From: Scenedesmus sp. PABB004
Lineage: Eukaryota
Direction: 5' to 3'
Length of the DNA stretch: 64,000 nucleotides
Assembly (NCBI GenBank): GCA_014905635.1
Contig: JABVCE010000002.1
Location: 868,001 to 932,000, forward strand
Shown here: piece by piece, positions 56,844-64,000 of the stretch
How positions within the stretch are numbered: position 1 is the first letter of the stretch
How the letters are laid out: every line of letters begins with the position of its first letter
Position numbers and translations under genes: made by a program
The notes under the pieces: model-generated
Database searches by the model: none
What the model was told of the DNA's origin: nothing
The model's input: only the letters and a program-made list of their open reading frames with translations

Positions 56844-58454
56844 ATGGCCCCGCCGGCCATGGGCGGCGCCGCGACGGAGACGGTGGCGGCCATCAGCCTG
56901 CCCTCGACCGCGGCCAGCGCGCCCAAGGACCACGCGGGGCGCGTGGACCACATCGAGGGCTTCTTCGACTGCGGCCCGCGCGAGGTGCACCCGTGGCACA
57001 AGCCCGCCATGCCCAGCCAGGAGCAGCTGCAGGCGTCCGTGAACAGCCCCGTCATCGTCACGCCCAACCCCATGGTGCAGCAGCAGGTGCGCCCGGGCGA
57101 GTGTGGGATGGCGCGCGCGCGCCAGGCGGATGCCGCGCGTGGCAGCCCCCGCGGGCGGCGCCGACGCGCGTGGAGGCTCTCGCCGCGCCCCCGGAGCTGG
57201 GGCCGCCGTTGCCAGGCCGCTCGGCCGCCCCGCGGAGCTGGGCCCCCGGCGGCTCGCGCGGGAAGCCCGGCACGGCAGCCCGGGGCCGCCCGCCCACGCG
57301 CCCTCTGTGGCCCCCGCGCCGCGCCCTGCAGACCATCAACGGCCGCACCGATCCGGCGCACGAGCTGCCCATCAACGGCGCGCCGATGGTGATCAACACG
57401 AGCATGTTTGAGGGCAAGATGGAGGTCCACCTCAAGGGCCTGCCCACCAGCCAGGCGCGCATCTTTGACGGCAAGAAGCGCTTCTTCCAGGTCATGTGCC
57501 AGGTGCGGCGCTGCCGGCGGCGCGGGGCTGGCAGCGGCGCTCCCGGCGGCGTGTTTGCGAGCGCGGGCGCGCAACGCAGCGCGCACGCAGCGCGCAGCCT
57601 GGCCCGCCGCCGCGCCGGCCCACCCCCCCCCCCCCCCCGCTGCCGCCGCCGCCGCGCGCAGGGTCGCTTCAAGCGCGCCGTCGACGCCGACGGCCTGTGC
57701 ATGGGGCAGGAGTTTGTGAAGGCCGGCGGCGTGCCGCCGTGGGTGGGCGAGATGGTGCTCACCGCGGCAGCAAAGGTCTTCAGCAGCAGCACGCAGGTCG
57801 ACATCTACGCCAAGCTGCCCTACTTCATGAACCCCATCCTCGCCGCGTGCCAGCTCGTCAACGTCAGCCGCCCCGGCGAGGAGCCCGCGCTCGCCGAGGC
57901 GACCGAGGACATGCGCCTCTTTGCGCCGGAGCTCGCGGACAAGCACGGTGCGCGCGCGCCGCGCACGCGCTGCGCCGCCGCGCCCGGGGCCGCGGCCGCG
58001 CGCAGCAGCAGCAGCCGCGCTTGGTGCTGCGCGCGGCGGCGCGCCGACGCGCCGCCCGCGCCGCGCGCGCCGCCGCCGCCGCCGCGCAGGCGCGCCGATG
58101 GCGCCCGAGAAGCGGCGCAAGTGGTGCGACACGCCGCGCAACCTGTCGGGCAAGCAGTTTAGCCCCGACCACGTGTACACCTTCCACATCTGGCAGCACC
58201 TCATCGACTTTTCCACCTACAAGCTCAGCGTCGGCGGCTTTGTCAACCTGGACCTCAGCCACGCGCTCAACTGCCAGCCGCTGCAGCTGACGGTGAAGGA
58301 CACGCACGACGCGGAGTACATGTTCAGCATGCTCGTCTGGCACGAGCGCCTGCTCTACGCCGAGGACGCCGGCAGCGCCGCCGCGGCGCTCGCGGAGCGG
58401 CTCAGCAAGTGGGGCGCCGGCTTCCGCTCGCTCGTGACCGGCGCGCGCAAGTGA
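56844..58454 (+). CDS. DUF1769-like protein, copy B
   Basis: INGAPMVINTSMFEGKM, FDGKKRFFQVMCQ|GRFKR..MGQEF, NPILAACQLVNVS, EDMRL, KRRKW, YTFHIWQHLIDFSTYKL, LDLSHALNCQPL. Confidence 0.82.
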
Positions 58455-59290
58455 GCGGCGGCGGCGGCGGCGGCCGCCGCGCGGCGCGCGGCGCGCGCGC
58501 CGGCGGCCCCGCGCCATTGGCGGGGCGCGGCGCGGCGCGGCGCGGCGCGCGGGCCTGTGCAGCTGCACAGGGTGGCGTCTCGGGGTTTCGGGGAGCTGAG
58601 CGCGTCCCGGCGATGCAAGACTGCACACACTGCGGCTGCGACGGCCAGCCCTGTGTTGGCGAGCAGTCGCGGCCGCGGCCCCTGAGCCTGCGCCGGCGCC
58701 CCTCGGGGCCTGGCGCGCGGGGGCGGTCTGCTTGTTGGTGGTGAGGCCCACAAGGGCGCGGCGCCGGCGTGGCGGCGTGGACATTTTGGCGGGGCCGCGC
58801 TGACACAGCGCGCTGACACCGCGCGGCGCGCCGCACGCGGAGCATGAATCAGGGGCGGCGCGCGGCGCAGGCCGCCGCCGCCGCCGCCGGGCAAGTGGGG
58901 CTGCAAAGTCGCGCGCGCCTGCGCGGCCACCCTCTGGAACATCGCGGGCGCCGAGCCTCGAGCGGTGACTTGACGGGCGGCCGTGGTGCAACCTCGCGGC
59001 GCCCTGACCGCTGAACCGCACCGCGCGTCGCGTGCCAGCACCGGAGCGACGGCAGGGCGAGCCCCAGCAGCCTTGCCCGTGCTCCTCCCCGCAGCAGGCG
59101 CGGCGTCACCGGCCGCTGCCGCCGCTGCCGCTGTGCACCGCGGCCAGCGTCCTCTGGCTGCACCCCCGACGCCCGGTGCTGCAGCGGTCGCAGGGCGCGA
59201 GCGTTCCAGGCCGATCCAGCGCACCGCCAGGGGCAGCCACGGCACGCCGCCGACGGCAGCAGCAGCAGCAGTTCGGGTGGCAGCGCTGCG

Positions 59291-61164
59291 ATGCGCGTCG
59301 CTGGCGCGGCGCTGCTGCTGCCGTCCTTGCTGCTGCTGCTGCTCGGGACGGCGCTGGCGAAGGGAGTCGCGCAGGAGCAGGCCTGCGACGCCGCGGCCGA
59401 CGGCTCGTGCGTGATCGGCGGCTTGGGTGACGCTGGCGGCGGCTTGGGCGACGCTGGCGGCAACGGCGGCGGCGGCGGCGCGCGATTCATCGGCCCGACC
59501 TACTTTCTCGTCGACGACGAGTCGCCGCACCTCGCCAACGTGCGCGACGTGCTCGCCGCCCTCGGCTTTGCGCCCGCTGCGAGCGCGGCGGAGGCGAGCC
59601 TCGTGTGGAGCCGCCACGACGTGACTGCGCCGCCGCCGCCCGGCGCGAGCGCGCGCCTGGCCGCAGCGCACGCCGCGGTCGGCCGCCTGGGCGCCGGCCA
59701 GTTTGTGACGGGCCTGCCGGGGCTGGGGGCGGTCGCGACCAAGACGGAGCTCGCGGCGCTCGCGCGCAGCGCGCGGCTGCGCTTCGTGCCGCGCACGTAC
59801 GTGCTGCCGCGCGAGCACGCCGCGTGGGCGCGCTTCCGCGCGAGCGCGCGCGGCGCGGGCATGCAGTGGCTGCAGAAGGGCGCGGGCCACCGCGGCGTGT
59901 CGCTGGTGTCCGACCCCGACGACGCGGCGCTCGCGGCCGCGCCGCCCGGCGGCGGCGAGCTGCTCGTGCAGCAGCTCGTGCACTCGCTGCGCATTGGCGG
60001 GCGCGCCTTTGACGTGGGCGTGTACGTCGCCGTCACGAGCACGTCGCCGCTGCTGGCCTATGTGTTTGCGTCGTCCGTGCTGCTGCGCTTCACCTCGGAG
60101 GCGCTGCCGCCCGGCGGCGGCGTCGACGCGGACACGCCGGCGTCGGCGTTTGTGGTGTCGGGCCTGGACGACTATACGCCAGGCCCCGAGGTGCCCGAGA
60201 TGCAGGTGCGGCCAGGGGCTGCGCGGGCGGACGAGCGCCGCGTGGCGCGCCCGCCGACCGCGGGCCGCGCGCCGCCCGCAGCCGCACTACCGCGACGCCG
60301 GCGCCGACACGGGCCTCGGCAGCACCATGTCGCTCGCGGCGCTGCGCAGCGCGCTCTCCGCGGCGGGGGTCAACGCGACCGCGTGGTGGCTCGACGCGCA
60401 GGCCGCGGTCGTCGCGACGCTGCAGGCGGCCGCGCCGACCATGGCCGAGTCGCAGCGCTGGCGCTACCCCGGCTCGCGGGGCGCCTTCTTCGCGCTGCTG
60501 CGCTTTGACTTCATGCTCGACGAGGGCGGCAAGGCCTGGCTCATCGAGGTGCGGCGGCCGCGGCGGCCGCGGCGGCCGCGGCACGAGAACAGCGCGGCGC
60601 GGCAGGCGCGGCGCGGGGGCGCGGGACGGGCTGCTCAGAGGAGCTGCTGCTGCGGGCTGGCCACCGCCGCGGCGCGGCGCGCAGGTGAACGCGAGCCCCG
60701 GGCTGGCTGCGCCGCGCGTGCCGCGCGAGGAGCAGCTGCTGAGCCGCAAGCTCATTCACGACCTGGTGCTGTTGAAGGGCCTCGCGCCGGGCGGGCACGC
60801 CAGCCCGTTCACGCCCCCGACGCTCGCGGCGCTGCGGCATCACCCCGACGGCGTGGCGGTCGGCGAGCCGGCGTGCGCGGGCGGCTGCGACGCGGCGGCC
60901 GACTGCAGCGCGAAGCCCGCGTGCGCGCTGTGCCGCGTCTGCCGCAGCGCGTGGCAGAGCGGGCTGCTCGTGACGGTCGCGGCGGAGGGGCTGGCGGGCG
61001 GCGGCTTCATGCGCGTCCACCCACCCGGCGCAGCGCTGCGGGCGCACATGGCTGCGCAAGGGCTCGACCCGGGGCGCTACTTTGATGCGGATGAGCACCC
61101 CGACGACGCACTCGTGGCTCGCTGGCTGGCGACTAAGTGCGAGACCGACTTTCGCTGGTGCTGA
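59291..61164 (+). CDS. Tubulin-tyrosine-ligase-family ATP-grasp ligase (TTLL15-like) with N-terminal signal peptide
   Basis: MRVAGAALLLPSLLLLLLGTALA; LPGLGAVATKTEL, VPRTYVLP, WLQKGAGHRGV, VQQLV..IGGRAFDVGVYVAVTS, LLRFDFMLDE..WLIE|VNASPGL; Cys-rich C-terminus ending KCETDFRWC*. Confidence 0.85.
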
Positions 61165-61222
61165 CCCCGGCGCGGCGCGCCCGGCGGCGGCAGTGAGGAA
61201 CCACTTGCACGCGGCGCCGCGC

Positions 61223-61666
61223 TCACGCCCAGCGCTGCGCGCCCGGTGCGAACGCAGCGCGCGGCTGCGAGGCCAGCAGCCGCGGCGGCGGTGCGACCGC
61301 AACGCGCGCCTGCGCGGGCGCGCGACGGCCGCGCCGCCCCGCGCGCGAGTGAGCGGCGGGCCGGGGAACTGCGCGCGGCCGCAGCTGCAAGCGGCCGGCC
61401 GCCCGCAGCCGCACCGTGGCGTCGCCTGCCGCGACCGCGCCGCGCTGGCGGCCGCCGCAGCAGCACTCTGCCAGCACCAGCGCGGCGATGAGCGCGACGC
61501 CGACGGCGTTGATGCCCGCTCCCGCCAGGGCAACGGCCCTCATGTGGTCGAAGATCCACGCCACGCCCGGCTCTCCGCGCGGCGCGCCGCTCGCATCCAC
61601 CGCGCTGCCCGCGGCCGCCAGCGCCAGCAGCGCCCGCAGGCAGCCCGCGCCAGAGCTTGGCTGCAT
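61223..61666 (-). CDS. Possible small single-pass membrane protein
   Basis: ATG 61666; signal-like CLRALLALAAAG and TM-like AVALAGAGINAVGVALIAALVLAECCC. No recognised family. Confidence 0.35.
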   Translation of the reverse strand: MQPSSGAGCLRALLALAAAGSAVDASGAPRGEPGVAWIFDHMRAVALAGAGINAVGVALIAALVLAECCCGGRQRGAVAAGDATVRLRAAGRLQLRPRAVPRPAAHSRAGRRGRRAPAQARVAVAPPPRLLASQPRAAFAPGAQRWA

Positions 61667-62300
61667 GCTCGGCGCGCGGCTGAAGGCAGGCGCGGCTGGA
61701 GGCAGGGCTGCGCCCTGCAGGGACAGCAGGCAGGGGCCGCAGCCGCTCGCGGCGCGCCGGGCGAGCGCACACTGAGCCGCACGGCCAGCGAGCTGCAGCG
61801 GGGTCGAGAGGGGCGCAGAAGGGCGCGGCTCGGGGCGTAGGGGGACCGAGGAGCGGCCGGAGGCGCGCTGCTGGCACCAGTGCGGCACGGGGTCAAACGC
61901 GGCGCGTCGCTTCGTTGACCGCTGCGGTTTAGTCACCAGCCAAGTCGCGGAGGAGCGCCGACGTGTCACACAGTGCCGCCCGGCCGCTGCGACCACCCCA
62001 TCCCGGCAGCTGCAATCACGACCGCTGCCGCCGACAGCTGCGCCGAGGGCGAGCAGGCAAGGGTAGGGTGGGAGGGGCGAGGTCCGGGCGCCCTCCCACG
62101 CGTCGCACGAATCACGCGGGGCAAGAAAATGCTGCCTACACCATTGGGTGGCATGCCGTGCCGGATGCCTGACTGCCAAGAGCCTGCGTGCGCGCTGCGC
62201 CCCTCCACACACAGAGTGAGTCTGCGCTGCACCGATCGTGGGCAAGCTATACATCACGCGCCCCGCTCGACCCGGGCCCGGCTAGCGCTCCGAGCCCCGG

Positions 62301-64000
62301 CTAGCGCTCCGGGCCGCGCGCGGCCGCGTCGGCCGCGTCGGCGTCGAGCGGCATGAACGTCTGCAGCACCTGGCTGGTGCGGCGGTTGAGGTGCTCCGCG
62401 AGGTCGCGCACGCGCTGCCGCAGCGCATACACCTCGGCCGCCGGCATGCGCAGCACCTGCGCGCCCGCGCAGGCGGCGGCGGCGCGGCGTCGGGCGGCGC
62501 CGACGCCGGCGAGCGGCGCCGCCGCCGCCGCCAGCGCAGCGGCCCCGCCGCCGCGCCGCCCCGCCCTGCCCGCGCGCGGCGCGCGGCGGCGGGCGGCGGC
62601 GCGGCAGCGCAGTGGCTCACGCGCTGCATGACCTCCATCTCTCCCTCTCCGGGGGCCATGAGCAGGACGTGCTCCGGCTTGAGGAAGGTGTAGCTCGCGA
62701 GCACCTTTGCGTCGGCCACGATCGGCACGCCCGTCATGAGGCTGCTCACGATCGTGCTGCTCATCTTCTGCAGCAGGTAGTTTGCGCTGCCCAGCAGCAT
62801 CAGCAGCGCGTGCGTGCGGTGGATCTGCGGCGCGGCGTCGCGGCGCACGGCGGCCGCGTGTCGGCGCGCGGGCCGCGCGGCGCGGCGCCGGGCCCTGCCG
62901 CCACGCCCTCGCGCGGCGCCCCCGCCGCGGCGCCCCCGCAGCGGCGCCCCCTGCGGCGCACCGTGTCGTAGTAGGCCGGGAAGCGCAGGTTGGTGTGCAC
63001 GCTCGTGAGGTTGGCGAGCACGGGCGGGATGCCGAGCGTGTGCACGTCGCCGCGGCCGACGAGGTGCATGTGGAACGGCCGCGCCGGCGGCGCCGTCGGC
63101 AGCGTCCCCGCCGCCTGCGCGGCGAGCATCTGCGCCCACACGCGCGTGTAGTTGCGCCGCGCGGTCTCAAAGTTGCCCTGTATGGAGAAGCCGCCCAGGC
63201 AGTCGGCGGGGCCGCCCTCCGCGCAGGGCGCCTGCGCGGGCTCAAACGGCCACGTCGCCATCATCCAGTGCGTGTGGATGTGCAGCACCTGGCGCGACGC
63301 CGCCGCGACGTGCGGCGCGAGCGCGGCAAAGTGCATGCGCGGGTGCAGGCCCTGGAGGCGCTGCAGCGCGTGGTTCATGCCGTTGTGCCCCAGAGCGACG
63401 GCCGTGATGGGCCGCGCCGCGTCCAGGAAGGCCTGCGGCGCCGGCGACGGGTGCGGTGGCGGGGGCGGGTGGGGTGCTGCGCAGACCGACCCCGACCGCC
63501 CTGCCGCGCCGCCGCCGCTGCTGCGCTTGCCGCCCAGCCGCCGCCGCTGCCCCCGCCGCCGCGTGCGCGCGCCGCACCGCGGTCTCGCGCTCAAAGTACT
63601 CGGGGCTGACCAGGATGGCAAAGTCGGTGCGCTCGACGTCGCGCGGGCGGCTGGGCAGCATGCGCGGCAGGTAGCCGAGCAGCTGCGTGAAGCCGGTCGC
63701 CTCGAGCAGCGCGACCGGGCTCAGCGGCGGCGTGCCCGCCTGGCCCGCCTGGTACCACGTCACGTCCACGGGCAGGCCCGAGAGGACGTGCAAGAAGCCG
63801 GCCACAATCTCAAGGTGGTACGGCGCCTCGTTGACGAGCGCGACGCGCAGCCGCCGCCCCGTGGCCTTCAGCCAGCGCTCCGCCGCGTCGGCCGGCGCGA
63901 GCGGCGGCGGCTGGTGCGGGTCGCGGTGCGCGGCCGCGGCCGCGGCCGCGGCCGCGCCGCCGCCGGCCGCCGCGGCCGCGGCCGCAGCCGCGTGCTGCTG
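62301..64000 (-). CDS. Glycosyltransferase-like (GT-B) protein; 5' end outside the window
   Basis: RVALVNEAPYHLEIVAG, DFAILVSPEY, VALGHNG, AALAPHVA, FSIQGNFETARRNY, HLVGRG, NLRFPAYYD, KMSSTIVSSLMTGVPIVAD. Four GT-AG introns. Confidence 0.65.

Noticed and set aside
62281..62315. Short duplicated GCTAGCGCTCCG around a stop codon, and other short repeats as CRISPR-like arrays
   Set aside because: Only two copies, no unique spacers, and a eukaryotic context.
170..63805. Hundreds of long overlapping Arg/Ala/Pro/Gly-rich ORFs and stop-free introns
   Set aside because: This is expected from stop-codon scarcity at extreme GC, and these ORFs carry no recognisable domains.

Overview
This is eukaryotic nuclear DNA from an extremely GC-rich chlorophyte green alga (about 75-80% GC by eye). 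A Sphaeropleales/Scenedesmus-like identity is inferred from the nuclear cox2b, TGTAA polyadenylation signals and short GC-rich introns. The window is gene-dense, with about 27 intron-containing protein genes; most long ORFs in the supplied track are GC artefacts or read through introns. Recognisable genes: tandem CCCH zinc finger, DnaJ-zinc-finger/Trp-rich fusion, alpha/beta hydrolase, SOUL heme-binding protein, Hikeshi/OPI10, ubiquitin-specific protease, Irc3-like helicase, ATE1, split COX2B, RtcB, two head-to-head phospholipase-like paralogues, a secreted beta-helix protein, an NAD(P)-binding protein, SEC23D-like, arogenate dehydratase, pinin, plastid EF-P, MsrB, RSP9, two DUF1769 genes, a signal-peptide TTLL15-like ligase and a glycosyltransferase-like gene. 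The most notable points are: (1) a ~1.49 kb near-perfect inverted repeat with a fold-back-type junction and mosaic homogenisation between the phospholipase paralogues; (2) an ArgRS N-terminal-domain-like insert inside ATE1; (3) many GC-AG introns; (4) a TTL-family ligase with a secretory signal. I found no tRNA, rRNA, CRISPR array or autonomous transposon. Gene boundaries come from manual splicing and are approximate; family assignments come from motif recognition, not database searches.
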